Notes: a model not told the origin generated them from the sequence alone. A stretch of 51,808 nt of DNA from Candidatus Omnitrophota bacterium (GCA_023247275.1 JAHFGT010000006.1:1-51808); one strand, 5' to 3'; positions 30,117 to 39,602 are shown, numbered from the stretch's first letter. Numbers and translations: made by a program.

Positions 30117-30803
30117 TTAACTCCTGGCGTGTGAAGCTGTTGGCCTACGTTGACCGTAGCAGAGCTCCTCAACTTTGTCAAGGAGCGCCCGGGCAAGGTC
30201 GGACTTGGCGCGTCGCCCCAGCCGAATGACCGTTCCGTTGGATTGCAGGATCCATGCCTCAACGGCTCGGCGACCAAATGGCGCTCCAGATCGGTCCGTG
30301 CGCTGTGCCAGCAACACATCCAACCGTTTGTCGCGCAGCTTGCGCTTGGCTTCTTTCACCACCGCATCCCCGGTGTGAACTCCACAGCCCACACGCAACT
30401 GTCCTGGCCGGTGTGGGAGCCGTCGAATGATGTCTGGAACGGCTTCGCAGGTAATAGTGAGTTGCCCTCGTCGGCGAATCTTTGCTCGCTGCACATGGAC
30501 CGGCCTGAAATCCGCGACCGCAGCCGCCATGATCACGACATCGGCCTGTGGGGCGAGCCGTCGTAACGCTCGCTCCATCTCGTACGCGCGCTCCACCGAC
30601 ACGCAGCGCACCTGAACCGGCATCGGTTCAGTCACCGGACCACAAATGGCGGTGACGCGGTGCCGCCGCGCCAACGCGGCAGCAGCTAGTTGCGTCCCCA
30701 TATACCCGGTCGAATAGTTCGAGAGGAACCGGACCGGATCAATCGGTTCTCGCGTCGGTCCAGTCGTCATCAGAATTCGCAGCGATCGTCCAGGCGCGTG
30801 CAT
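30117..30803 (-). CDS. coaB: Phosphopantothenate-cysteine ligase (CoaB half)
   Basis: [34 protein letters not shown]. Confidence 0.88.
   Translation of the reverse strand: MHAPGRSLRILMTTGPTREPIDPVRFLSNYSTGYMGTQLAAAALARRHRVTAICGPVTEPMPVQVRCVSVERAYEMERALRRLAPQADVVIMAAAVADFRPVHVQRAKIRRRGQLTITCEAVPDIIRRLPHRPGQLRVGCGVHTGDAVVKEAKRKLRDKRLDVLLAQRTDRSGAPFGRRAVEAWILQSNGTVIRLGRRAKSDLARALLDKVEELCYGQRRPTASHARS
30153..30181 (-). promoter_or_regulatory. Putative sigma70 promoter in the coaB 3' end, upstream of pilin-tRNA-thrS
   Basis: TTGACA-17 nt-TACGGT with extended TG. Confidence 0.4.
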
Positions 30804-30818
30804 CCATCACGCGTCGAT

Positions 30819-31460
30819 CTATCGCCGACGGGCGGTGCGCTTGACCGCGCGATGGCCGCGGGGCTTTGTCGCGACGTTCGCCGGATGCCGGTGACTTGAG
30901 ACCGGCGACGGTGTCGTGCTGCTCGGCACCAACTGTCGTACCGCTCGGATGATGTCTTCCGTCTCAGCCAAATGGCCGATCGCTTCATACCCACACGCCA
31001 GTTTCCCGACGTCCGGACCGACAAACCGATGCCCCAAACGTTTCAGCGCGGTCACATTGCGCTGAACCGTGGGATGCTGCCACATCTGGACGTTCATGGC
31101 CGGGGCAATCAGCACCTTGGCTCGCGTCGCTAACAGGAGGCAGGACACCAAATCATCCGCGATTCCGTTGGCAAATTTCGCAATGATGTTGGCCGTCGCC
31201 GGAGCGATCAACACCAGCTTGGCATGGTCCGCAAGGCTCGTGTGGAGAATCTGCGGCGTGTGCTCGTCGAACAAATCGGTGTACACCTTGCGCTCAGAAA
31301 GGGTCTGCAGCGTCAGTGGCGCAAGAAACTTCGTGGCCCGCTGCGTCATCACGCAGGTCACCGCATAGCCGGCCTCCTTCAAGTGTCGCACCACATCGGC
31401 GGCTTTGTACGCGCCGATCGACCCGGTGATTCCTAGCACGATCTCCGGCATCGTCGTCAT
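30819..31460 (-). CDS. coaC: Phosphopantothenoylcysteine decarboxylase (CoaC half)
   Basis: GITGSIGAYK, APATAN, GIADD, APAMN, LACG. Confidence 0.92.
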   Translation of the reverse strand: MTTMPEIVLGITGSIGAYKAADVVRHLKEAGYAVTCVMTQRATKFLAPLTLQTLSERKVYTDLFDEHTPQILHTSLADHAKLVLIAPATANIIAKFANGIADDLVSCLLLATRAKVLIAPAMNVQMWQHPTVQRNVTALKRLGHRFVGPDVGKLACGYEAIGHLAETEDIIRAVRQLVPSSTTPSPVSSHRHPANVATKPRGHRAVKRTARRR

Positions 31461-31717
31461 CAAGAGGTCCTTTTCCTCTTCTCCTCTGCCCGACCTTTCC
31501 CGCGCGATTTCTTCATGGATTCCTCTGACGTTGCCTTATACAGCACTTTCCCCTCCAGAATTTCCTCCAGCGCCACCGACGTGACCTTGTGTGTCGACGT
31601 CTGGACCAACGAGGGTGCCCCCTCGGCAATCTCCTTCGCGCGCTTCGCAGCCAGGATCACCAGTCGATACACGCTGCCGCACTTCTTCAGAAGCTCCTCA
31701 ATCGGTACCTGTGCCAT
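31460..31717 (-). CDS. rpoZ: RNA polymerase omega subunit
   Basis: YRLVILAAKRAKEI, ALEEI; between gmk and coaC. Confidence 0.93.
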   Translation of the reverse strand: MAQVPIEELLKKCGSVYRLVILAAKRAKEIAEGAPSLVQTSTHKVTSVALEEILEGKVLYKATSEESMKKSRGKGRAEEKRKRTS

Positions 31718-31727
31718 ACGGGGTCCC

Positions 31728-32357
31728 TCACGCTGTCCGGCCAGCCCGCGTGCCGATCGGTCGCCGTCTGCGACCAGTGGGCTCGAGCTCTTGCCGGTGT
31801 TGGTGGATAATCTGTTTCACGTCGGTCACGGCTTGCTCTAAGCGGTCGTTCACCACTCGATAGTCATACCACGCTGCGCAGGCGATTTCGCGCCGGGCGG
31901 CGGTCAGCCGCTGCCGCAACGCAGCGGCGGTTTCTGTCCGTCGCTGAATCAGCCGCTGCCGCAATCGCTTCATCGATGGCGGCAAAAGAAAAATCAAGAC
32001 GGCGCGTTTGCCCAGGGCCCTCCGGACCTGCCGCGCTCCCTGGACATCGATGTTCAGCAATACATCCCGTCCCTGTGCCAGGGTCCGGATCAGCGGCTGC
32101 TTGGGCGTCCCATAGCAGGCGCCGTGCACGCGCGCCCATTCCAGCAGTCGGCCTGTGCGGCGCAACCGGGCGAACGCCGCTGGAGTGACAAATCGATACT
32201 CCTCCCCATCGTGCTCGCCCTGTCGGGGCACTCGCGTCGTAACCGAGATGGACCGAGCCAGCTTGCGGGTCGTCCGCCGCAGGCGGTCAACAACCGTTGT
32301 TTTTCCGCCCCCGGAAGGGCTGGAAATCACAAACACGTATCCGCGGCGACGACTCAC
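31728..32357 (-). CDS. gmk: Guanylate kinase
   Basis: SPSGGGKTT, TTRVPRQGE, LEWARVHG, YGT, IDVQGA. Confidence 0.96.
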   Translation of the reverse strand: MSRRRGYVFVISSPSGGGKTTVVDRLRRTTRKLARSISVTTRVPRQGEHDGEEYRFVTPAAFARLRRTGRLLEWARVHGACYGTPKQPLIRTLAQGRDVLLNIDVQGARQVRRALGKRAVLIFLLPPSMKRLRQRLIQRRTETAAALRQRLTAARREIACAAWYDYRVVNDRLEQAVTDVKQIIHQHRQELEPTGRRRRPIGTRAGRTA

Positions 32358-32406
32358 GTCACGCCCCGCGGCGCCGACCTCCCCTGTCTCTGCCGGGCAG
32401 ATCGCC

Positions 32407-32658
32407 TCATGCCGCTCGCAACTCTGCGAGCCGTTGCGCCACCGTCACCGGTTGCAAGCTCGAGAGGACGACATGATCTGAATCCGTGATGATGACGGTC
32501 CGTGTCCGCCGGCCGTTGGTCGCGTCGACCAGCTTTTGATGCCGTATCGCGGCCTCGCGCAGCCGTTTAACAGGTGACGGATCCGCTGAGACGATTGCAA
32601 TGATGCGCTCTGCCGCAACTGCGTTGTCAAATCCCACGTTGAGCAATGTCGGAGACAT
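32407..32658 (-). CDS. remA: RemA / DUF370 family protein
   Basis: LLNVGFDN...RIIAIVS...LVDATNGRRTR.VIITDSDHVVLS; yicC-remA-gmk synteny. Confidence 0.9.
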   Translation of the reverse strand: MSPTLLNVGFDNAVAAERIIAIVSADPSPVKRLREAAIRHQKLVDATNGRRTRTVIITDSDHVVLSSLQPVTVAQRLAELRAA

Positions 32659-32670
32659 CGCGCCCTGGAT

Positions 32671-33576
32671 TCATTCCAAGTTTTGGACTTGCTCGCGGAT
32701 TTTTTCGATGCACTCTTTAATCGCTACGACCGATTGCGCCGCCTGGGGGTCGTTCAGTTTTGCGCCCATCGTGTTCGCTTCGCGCATGAGTTCTTGCGCG
32801 ATAAAATCTAGCCGTTTCCCCACCAGGGGTTCCCCGACCAGCGTCTGCCGCATATATCCAAGGTGACTCTCTAACCGCACCAGCTCCTCATGGATGTCGG
32901 CGTCGCGGACTAACGCCGCTGCCTGCTCGATCTGGGACGAAGATCCTGCCGCCTGCGGGCCAAGCAGCTCGCGCAATCGCTGCCGCATGGCGTGCCGTTG
33001 TTGCCGAAGCGCCTCGGGCAATCGTCGCTTCACCGCGCGTAGATGTCGCTCGATCGCCTGCAATTGTCCTCGCAGATCCTTGACCAGCTTCCCACCCTCT
33101 TGTCGACGCGCCTGCACCAGCTCTTGCAACGCGGCCTTCAGCGTTTGTTCCACCGAGTCCCATACCGATTCCGGAGCGCTGGGGGTTTCGGCCACGCTGA
33201 TGGCCTGTGGCAAGGCGAGCAGATGTTCGAGGGTCACCCGCCCAGCCAGCCCGAATCGGGCTTTGAGATCCACCAGCACATCGTGGTATCGTCTCAACAG
33301 CGCCTCATCAAACACAATGCGACGGTCATTCGAGCGATCCAGTTGCGCAACGACAGCCACTTCGACGCGTCCCCGACGAACGACGCCTCGGATCTGCTGG
33401 GCCACCCGGCTCTGCAACCCGCTGAGTCCGTTCGACAGCCGCTGGTCGATTTCAAGGTAGCGATGGTTGGTGCTACGGAGTTCAACCGTAATCATGCCGC
33501 CCGAGGTTCGCCGGCTGGCCCGGCCATAGCCGGTCATGCTCTGGATTGTTCTCCGATGAGCCAACGCCTGGCTCAT
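32671..33576 (-). CDS. yicC: YicC/YloC endoribonuclease
   Basis: SMTGYGR, RSTNHRYLE, EELVRL, GKRLDFIAQE.MREANT, IREQVQNLE. Confidence 0.95.
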   Translation of the reverse strand: MSQALAHRRTIQSMTGYGRASRRTSGGMITVELRSTNHRYLEIDQRLSNGLSGLQSRVAQQIRGVVRRGRVEVAVVAQLDRSNDRRIVFDEALLRRYHDVLVDLKARFGLAGRVTLEHLLALPQAISVAETPSAPESVWDSVEQTLKAALQELVQARRQEGGKLVKDLRGQLQAIERHLRAVKRRLPEALRQQRHAMRQRLRELLGPQAAGSSSQIEQAAALVRDADIHEELVRLESHLGYMRQTLVGEPLVGKRLDFIAQELMREANTMGAKLNDPQAAQSVVAIKECIEKIREQVQNLE

Positions 33577-34079
33577 GAGCGGGTCCGGGCCTGGGCCGTG
33601 TTCGGATGTTGCGGCGCTTGACTCACGACCGGCTTCAGCAGTTCATCCGGCCGAAACCACAGTCGGATCTCGCGGTCCGCATCCGCCGGATCCGACGACG
33701 AATGGAGCACATTTTCCATCAGTCCGCTCGTCGTCATCCGGCCAAAGGCCCCGCGCAGCGACGTGGGGTCTGCCTTTTCCGGATGGGTCGCACCCGTCGC
33801 TACTCGCACCCGCTCGATGGCGCCGTCGCCCCAGTACACGATCGCCAAGACGGCGTCAACGCCATGGAGCTTGCCCATCAGGTGCTCGACAGTCTCGTTG
33901 AAAAACGGTTTTCCTCGGATATGCTCATAATGCGCTTCGGCCAACGCGCGACTGACCCGCACCATCTTGGCGCCAATCATCTCCAGCTGTAGCTGATCCA
34001 AGCGCGACATCACCAGCCCGGTGAGCCCTCGCCGAATGGCATCAGGCTTGACAATGACAAGCGTGGCTTCCCGTGCCAT
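33573..34079 (-). CDS. ndk: Nucleoside diphosphate kinase
   Basis: TLVIVKPDA, HY..KPFF, GATHP, NVLHSS. Confidence 0.95.
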   Translation of the reverse strand: MAREATLVIVKPDAIRRGLTGLVMSRLDQLQLEMIGAKMVRVSRALAEAHYEHIRGKPFFNETVEHLMGKLHGVDAVLAIVYWGDGAIERVRVATGATHPEKADPTSLRGAFGRMTTSGLMENVLHSSSDPADADREIRLWFRPDELLKPVVSQAPQHPNTAQARTRS

Positions 34080-34085
34080 GGGGTC

Positions 34086-34922
34086 TTATGCTGCGACTCC
34101 CAACGTTTGTAAAATTCGCGCCAGATCCTCCGAGGAAAAATATTCCACCATCATGCGCCCGCCATTTTCTCGCGGCACCAGGATCACCTTGGTCCCCAAG
34201 ACGCGCTGGAGCTGGTCTTCGATAGCTTGCAGATGCGGATCGTGATGCCGAAGCCTTGGCCGACGTCGTTTCGCATTCTTTGCTGCCAAGGCTTCAACTT
34301 GTCGCACCGTCAATTTTGTCCCGATGGCTTGTCGATAGAGCGCCATCTGCTGGGCGCGATCCTCCACGGCTAACAGCGCCCTCGCATGGCCCATCATCAA
34401 CAGGCCTTGCCGGACCGCCTGCTGGATCTCCTCAGGAAGCATGAGTAAGCGGACGATGTTGGCCACCGTCGCACGATCTTTGCCGACCGCCTGCGCCACC
34501 TCTTCCTGCGTGTACCCAAACTCCTCCAGGAGGCGGGTATATCCCTTGGCTTCGTCGATCGGGTTGAGATTTTCCCGCTGGATGTTCTCAATCAGAGAGA
34601 ACTCAACCGCTTCTTTGTCTGACAATGTTCTAACAACGACTGGGATCTCTGTTTTGCCGATGGCCTGGCTTGCGCGAAATCTTCGCTCGCCAGCAACAAG
34701 CTCATACAGCCCGTCTGCCGATGGGCGCACCACGATCGGCTCGATCACCCCGGTACGGCGAATGGAAGCCTTTAACTCTTCCAGACCCTCCTCGCTCATC
34801 GCGCTGCGCGGCTGAAATCGCCCAGCCCTAATCTGGTCTAGTCGAAGTGTGGCTACGCCACCCACAGCTGTACTAGCCGGAGGCTCGATCAGATCTGCCA
34901 ACCCTTTCCCCAGCCGTCTCAT
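34086..34922 (-). CDS. parB: ParB/Spo0J partition protein
   Basis: LGKGL, QPR, AGERRFRA, ENIQRENL, HTH region. Confidence 0.96.
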   Translation of the reverse strand: MRRLGKGLADLIEPPASTAVGGVATLRLDQIRAGRFQPRSAMSEEGLEELKASIRRTGVIEPIVVRPSADGLYELVAGERRFRASQAIGKTEIPVVVRTLSDKEAVEFSLIENIQRENLNPIDEAKGYTRLLEEFGYTQEEVAQAVGKDRATVANIVRLLMLPEEIQQAVRQGLLMMGHARALLAVEDRAQQMALYRQAIGTKLTVRQVEALAAKNAKRRRPRLRHHDPHLQAIEDQLQRVLGTKVILVPRENGGRMMVEYFSSEDLARILQTLGVAA

Positions 34923-35698
34923 GACGTCTGTTCTACAAACTCCTTTTGCATAACTTCTTCTGCTAAAAGGCGATATGCCAATGCTCCTGCTGAATGTGGA
35001 TCATAGAGGCAAATCGGTTTTCCAAAGCTCGGCGATTCTGCCAGCCGGATGTTCCTTGGGATAGCGGTCTGAAACACCCGGTCTTGGAAAAACCCCTTCA
35101 CCTCCTCTGCGACCTCGCGCGCAAGATTTGCCCGGAAATCAGTCATCGTCAGCACAATCCCACCAACCCTCAGCGATGGATTGAGGTTTTGCTGGATCAG
35201 CGTCACAGCGTGCATCAGCGAACTGAGCCCTTCCAGAGCTAGATACTCGCACTGTACAGGAATAATGGTGCTATCCGCAGCCGCCAATGCGTTGACCGTC
35301 ATCGATCCAAGAGACGGCGGACAATCAAACAGCAGTATATCGAACGAGCTGCGCAATGGCTCGCATATTCGCTTGAGTACCGTTTCTCGAGAATCCGCAC
35401 CCGCAAGATACGCTTCTGCGCCAGCCAGGTCCAGGCTTGCCGGGATGATCGACAACCGCTCGATCGCTGTTGGTAGAATAGCCTCGGTCGCCTGGATTTT
35501 TCCAATGACCACCTGATAGAGATCCTTCTGCAGATCTTTTCGCTGGATGCCGCACGCTGTCGTGGCGTTACCTTGCGGATCAAGGTCGATCAGGAGGGTT
35601 TGCTTTCCGGAAAGCGCAAGGTACGCGCCTAGATTGACGGCTGTAGTGGATTTTCCAACGCCGCCCTTTTGATTACAGATTGCGATGACTCTAGACAT
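34919..35698 (-). CDS. parA: ParA/Soj ATPase
   Basis: NQKGGVGKST, DLDPQGN, DCPPSL, PVQCEY, LAESPSFG. Confidence 0.97.
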   Translation of the reverse strand: MSRVIAICNQKGGVGKSTTAVNLGAYLALSGKQTLLIDLDPQGNATTACGIQRKDLQKDLYQVVIGKIQATEAILPTAIERLSIIPASLDLAGAEAYLAGADSRETVLKRICEPLRSSFDILLFDCPPSLGSMTVNALAAADSTIIPVQCEYLALEGLSSLMHAVTLIQQNLNPSLRVGGIVLTMTDFRANLAREVAEEVKGFFQDRVFQTAIPRNIRLAESPSFGKPICLYDPHSAGALAYRLLAEEVMQKEFVEQTS

Positions 35699-35753
35699 GC
35701 GGTCGCAATTGTACTCCTCGCCCCGACAAAAGCAAGCGATGATTTCTCGCTGA

Positions 35754-37283
35754 CTACTTTGCTAGACGATACCAGGCCAGCGACGTCAGACTGTTTGTGA
35801 GCCAATAAAGAACCAGGCCTGCTGGAAAATGGTAGAACATCACCCCAAACATGATCGGCATAATCGGGCCTGACATCATGTTGGCTGTTGAATTACCTGT
35901 GGAAGTCGCTGTACTGGCTTGGGACATTTTTGTTTGGACAGCCATAGTAATCGCCATTAGGACCGGCAATAGATTAATCTCGCTGCCAAGAACCGGCATT
36001 GTGTATGGCAGGTGAAACAGCCGATCAGGAAGAGAAAGATCTGAAATCCATAGAAACGGCTGCCCGCGAAGCTCTGTGAAATGCGAGATGGCTTGGAACA
36101 GCGCGATAAATACCGGCATCTGAACAAATAACGGTAAACACCCGCTCAGCGGACTCACCTTGTGTTCCTTGTACAGCGCCATTACCGCAGCGTTTGCTCT
36201 TTTCGGATCGTCTTTGTGGTCGGCCATGATCTTGTCGAGCGTTGGTTTGAGAGCTTGAAGTTTTCTCATGGATCTAAAACCAATCATGGTAAACGGAGCT
36301 GTCAAACAGGTAACCCCGAGCGAAAGTATGACGATGGCGACCCCGTAATTTCCGGTCACATGGGCGATCCACTTGACAAACAGAAGTAGAACCAGGCCGA
36401 TTTTGCCCAACACGCCAATTTTGAAAGCCTTGTCGAATCCAGCTTGGTTTCTGTTGAAATAGTCTCTTGGGCCAATATATACGCGCGCCTGGAATTGATC
36501 TGTGTCCGCGTCGGCTCTTAAACCTATCGAATCTTGTCCTGTCGGGAGCAAAGTGATCGCCGCATTGTTAGCCACAGGATCCACAATGAGACAGAAGTAC
36601 CGTTCGCTCAATGCGGCCATGTCAGTTCCACGTGAAATAATTTTTGGAGACCTTAGCGGAGCCCTTACTATTATATGTTTCCCGCCATTTTCTATCTGTA
36701 GGACGTCGGCCTCAAGCTGGTTTTGTCTGCCAGAAAGCGAATCGCTCCTATACCAGGTACCATAAATGCTCGGCTTAGCTGCAGAGCTACCTGAAGAGTT
36801 CACCCCGGCTCTTACCACGATGACAGGGTGCTCTGGGTCAAGCTCGTATGAAATTGTGTGGATAGTGCCACCTGGATCAGCTCCGGAGAAGCTTACGCGA
36901 GCTGGAAGCTGTTCCTGAATTTCCCATGCTACATTTGATGCTGTCGCTAGAAGAGGCGCCTGACCCTTGATGAGCAGCTGTTCATCCTTCTTCGTTCCCT
37001 TGAAATCGCGCAGAATAGCTGAGGTAATGCTAGCTGTCTCTGTCCCGACATGAACGACGAGCGATTTTGATGTCAGTGACACGTTGGGTTCATTTTTCAG
37101 GATCGTGGCAGCTGCTGGTTGGTTCAGAGAAGTCTGTGTTGGCCTGTTATCCACAATTTCCACAGGTTTTCCAGAGGCCTGCTTTGATGCCTGCCATCTG
37201 GAAAGCTCCTTTGCGTACCATACCAGCATGATCGATGACAGCAAAGCCGCTATCAAAAGCCGCTTATCGGTCGCGTTGTTCAT
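35754..37283 (-). CDS. yidC: Membrane protein insertase YidC
   Basis: NYGVAI, SMRKLQ, GCLPLFVQMP, FLWISDLS.PD, PAGLVLYW. Confidence 0.95.
   Translation of the reverse strand: MNNATDKRLLIAALLSSIMLVWYAKELSRWQASKQASGKPVEIVDNRPTQTSLNQPAAATILKNEPNVSLTSKSLVVHVGTETASITSAILRDFKGTKKDEQLLIKGQAPLLATASNVAWEIQEQLPARVSFSGADPGGTIHTISYELDPEHPVIVVRAGVNSSGSSAAKPSIYGTWYRSDSLSGRQNQLEADVLQIENGGKHIIVRAPLRSPKIISRGTDMAALSERYFCLIVDPVANNAAITLLPTGQDSIGLRADADTDQFQARVYIGPRDYFNRNQAGFDKAFKIGVLGKIGLVLLLFVKWIAHVTGNYGVAIVILSLGVTCLTAPFTMIGFRSMRKLQALKPTLDKIMADHKDDPKRANAAVMALYKEHKVSPLSGCLPLFVQMPVFIALFQAISHFTELRGQPFLWISDLSLPDRLFHLPYTMPVLGSEINLLPVLMAITMAVQTKMSQASTATSTGNSTANMMSGPIMPIMFGVMFYHFPAGLVLYWLTNSLTSLAWYRLAK
36624..36639. 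promoter_or_regulatory. parS site inside yidC
   Basis: agttccacgtgaaata matches TGTTNCACGTGAAACA at 14/16; about 1 kb from parAB. Confidence 0.7.
37147..37175. promoter_or_regulatory. DnaA-box cluster inside yidC
   Basis: Perfect TTATCCACA at 37147, then ATTTCCACA and TTTTCCAGA in tandem. Confidence 0.5.
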
Positions 37284-37510
37284 TTCACTGGATCAAACCC
37301 ATAGCTGTTCAATGGGTTACATCGCAAAATGCGCCACAACGCCATCAATCCCCCAGTTACCAGGCCATACTTGCGCACAGCCACGTCGGCATATTCTGAG
37401 CACGATGGTAAGTACCTGCATGAATGTAACATGAACCGTGATAATATGTTATTGTAGAACGCAATGGCTGACACGGCGAGGAATGCGCCAGGCGTCAGAT
37501 TTTTTTGCAT
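37280..37510 (-). CDS. yidD: Membrane protein insertion efficiency factor YidD
   Basis: CRYLPSCSEY, RILRCNP, GFDPV. Confidence 0.93.
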   Translation of the reverse strand: MQKNLTPGAFLAVSAIAFYNNILSRFMLHSCRYLPSCSEYADVAVRKYGLVTGGLMALWRILRCNPLNSYGFDPVK

Positions 37511-37794
37511 AGCGACAAGAGCTCGGCTTCAAGTTGCTGCGTTACGGTTGGGGTTGCTTTTGGGTGGATCACGATCACTAAATCCATCCCTGGAGGAACC
37601 ACGGCTGCGTGCCGTGCTAATATGCCGCGCACCTGGCGTTTCAGGCGATTTCTCACCGTCGCGCCCTTGATTCCTCGACGGGTCCTGAGCCCAACGCGCG
37701 CGCCCTCGGCCTGATTTCTCATCGCCCCAATCGAGAGGGAAACCCCACGCACCCAGCGTCCCCGACGATACACCAGGTGAAAACGGTGAGTCAA
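37495..37794 (-). CDS. rnpA: Ribonuclease P protein component, start uncertain
   Basis: F..VYRRG, RVGL, ATVRNRLKR; rpmH-rnpA-yidD synteny. Confidence 0.9.
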   Translation of the reverse strand: MTHRFHLVYRRGRWVRGVSLSIGAMRNQAEGARVGLRTRRGIKGATVRNRLKRQVRGILARHAAVVPPGMDLVIVIHPKATPTVTQQLEAELLSLCKKI

Positions 37795-37831
37795 TTTGAG
37801 GTGAACTGGTGATGGTGGGATGGGGAAATCT

Positions 37832-37972
37832 TCAGGAGGGGACCAACTGCCACCGACCCTTTTGTCGACGACGGTTGAGGGTTCGTCGTCCTCCGCGAGA
37901 GCTCATGCGTTTCCTAAACCCATGCGTCCGCTTTCCGCGGAGGTTCGAGCGGTTCGTCAGATGTTTCTTCAT
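37832..37972 (-). CDS. rpmH: 50S ribosomal protein L34
   Basis: Missing from the ORF track. Manual translation MKKHLTNRSNLRGKRTHGFRKRMSSRGGRRTLNRRRQKGRWQLVPS (46 aa). Confidence 0.95.
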   Translation of the reverse strand: MKKHLTNRSNLRGKRTHGFRKRMSSRGGRRTLNRRRQKGRWQLVPS

Positions 37973-37981
37973 GATGGCGAC

Positions 37982-38050
37982 ATTATATGCGGACAGCCGG
38001 AGCGCTTCAAGCAGAAATCGCTTGAGACGGCTGGTTGCGATTGTTATAAT
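37982..38050. promoter_or_regulatory. Back-to-back sigma70 promoters for rpmH and dnaA
   Basis: Minus strand TTGAAG-17-TATAAT (38010-37982); plus strand TTGAGA-17-TATAAT (38022-38050). Confidence 0.7.
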
Positions 38051-38090
38051 GCTTCGCCATCATTACAACCGCTCACTGCGAAGCTTTTCC

Positions 38091-38119
38091 TGTGGAAAAC
38101 ATGTGGAAACTGTGGAAAA
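38091..38119. promoter_or_regulatory. Three tandem DnaA-box-like repeats over the dnaA start
   Basis: TGTGGAAAA / TGTGGAAAC / TGTGGAAAA. Confidence 0.6.
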
Positions 38120-39473
38120 CTCCCCGTTTGACTGGGCTGCGGCCCGCTTAGCGCTAAAAACTCGCCTTGGCTCAGAGGTCGTCAGTCGTTGGCTTGACCC
38201 TCTGTCCATCGCAGCCGTGAGCGATCGACTGCTTGTCCTGGAAGCTCCAAACCTCTTCTTTCGGGACTGGGTCGTTGCGCACTATCTGGAGGCGATCCGA
38301 CCGCTTTCCAGCAGTCGCGACGTGCAAGTGATTGTCGCCAAAGCACCGGCTGGAGCCGGTGCTGGCGATGCGACGCGACCGCGCACACCTGCCGAGATGC
38401 GTCCGCCTGACACAGCGCTGCCAGCAACATCCGAGTGGAACCCTGGCCTCAACGCCCGGCTGACCTTTGATCGCTTTGTCGTCGGTCCCAGCAATCGATT
38501 CGCGCACGCGGCGTCGATGGCGGTGGGAGAATCTCCTGCGCGGGCGTATAATCCGCTCTTCATCTACGGCGGGGTGGGGCTGGGCAAAACGCATTTGATG
38601 CACGCCGTGGGACAGGCAATCTTCCAGCGCTGGCCGTCGCGCCGCGTCGTGTATACATCGAGCGAGCGATTTACCAACGAACTGATCGCCTCGATCCAAA
38701 CAAAGACCACCACGAAATTCCGGGAGCGGTACCGCACCGTCGACGTACTGTTGATTGATGATATTCACTTCATCGCCGAGAAGGAGGCGACCCAGGAGGA
38801 ATTTTTTCACACGTTTAATACGCTCTACGATTCCCATAAGCAGATCGTGCTGTCGAGCGACCGGTCGCCGAAGGAGATCGGGGGCCTTGAGGAGCGGTTG
38901 GTGTCTCGGTTTGAGTGGGGGCTGGTAACGGACATTCAGCCGCCAGACCTGGAGACGCGGATTGCCATCTTGCGCAAGAAGGCAGAGGAGGCGCAGGATG
39001 CCGTGCCGGACTCGGTGACAAACTTTATTGCGCAGCAGATCACGTCGAATATTCGCGAACTGGAAGGCTCGTTGAATCGGGTCGTGGCCTACTGCCATCT
39101 GTTCAACAAACCGCTCTCGGCTGACGTCGCGAGAGAGGTGTTGAAGGATTTGGTTCGGGAAGTCAGTTCCCGAATCACGCTAGAGACGATTCAGCGACGG
39201 ATCGCCGACTACTTTCGCGTGGAGGTGGTCGAGCTTAAGGGCGTCAAGCGCCAGCGATCCATCCTGTTCCCACGCCAAGTGGCGATGTTTCTCTCGCGGA
39301 AACTTACCGAATCCTCGCTCCCAGAGATTGGGCGGGCGTTTGGCGGCCGAGATCATACCACCGTCCTGCACGCGGTGGGAAAAATTGAACGAGAGATCTC
39401 ACAAGATATCCACAAGAAACAACTACTGGATCATCTCCACCATCTACTTCTCACCACGTCGAGAAACGGGTAG
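38103..39473 (+). CDS. dnaA: Chromosomal replication initiator DnaA
   Basis: YNPLFIYGGVGLGKTHL, LLIDDIHF, QEEFFHTFN, NIRELEG, GGRDHTTVLHA; start GTG 38103 or 38112. Confidence 0.97.
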   Translation: METVENSPFDWAAARLALKTRLGSEVVSRWLDPLSIAAVSDRLLVLEAPNLFFRDWVVAHYLEAIRPLSSSRDVQVIVAKAPAGAGAGDATRPRTPAEMRPPDTALPATSEWNPGLNARLTFDRFVVGPSNRFAHAASMAVGESPARAYNPLFIYGGVGLGKTHLMHAVGQAIFQRWPSRRVVYTSSERFTNELIASIQTKTTTKFRERYRTVDVLLIDDIHFIAEKEATQEEFFHTFNTLYDSHKQIVLSSDRSPKEIGGLEERLVSRFEWGLVTDIQPPDLETRIAILRKKAEEAQDAVPDSVTNFIAQQITSNIRELEGSLNRVVAYCHLFNKPLSADVAREVLKDLVREVSSRITLETIQRRIADYFRVEVVELKGVKRQRSILFPRQVAMFLSRKLTESSLPEIGRAFGGRDHTTVLHAVGKIEREISQDIHKKQLLDHLHHLLLTTSRNG

Positions 39474-39602
39474 CTCGCTGGGACCTATCCACAAGCGCAC
39501 TGGACCGACTACGAGTGCTACCTATCTTTATAAGAAAGAATCGTACTACCCGTAAGAAGGATTTCGCTGTGGACAACGTCTTATGAACGTAAAGGAGCAC
39601 TC
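39474..39602. other. Putative oriC (dnaA-dnaN intergenic region)
   Basis: DnaA-box-like CTATCCACA (39485) and TGTGGACAA (39568) flank an AT-rich core; ATATCCACA at 39406; gene strand switches nearby. Confidence 0.65.

Noticed and set aside
30116-30319. Longer start for the pilin-like gene
   Set aside because: It overlaps coaB; an RBS and a short basic leader support ATG 30115
37809-38102. 98-aa N-terminal extension of DnaA in the ORF track
   Set aside because: It overlaps rpmH on the other strand and begins upstream of the dnaA promoter
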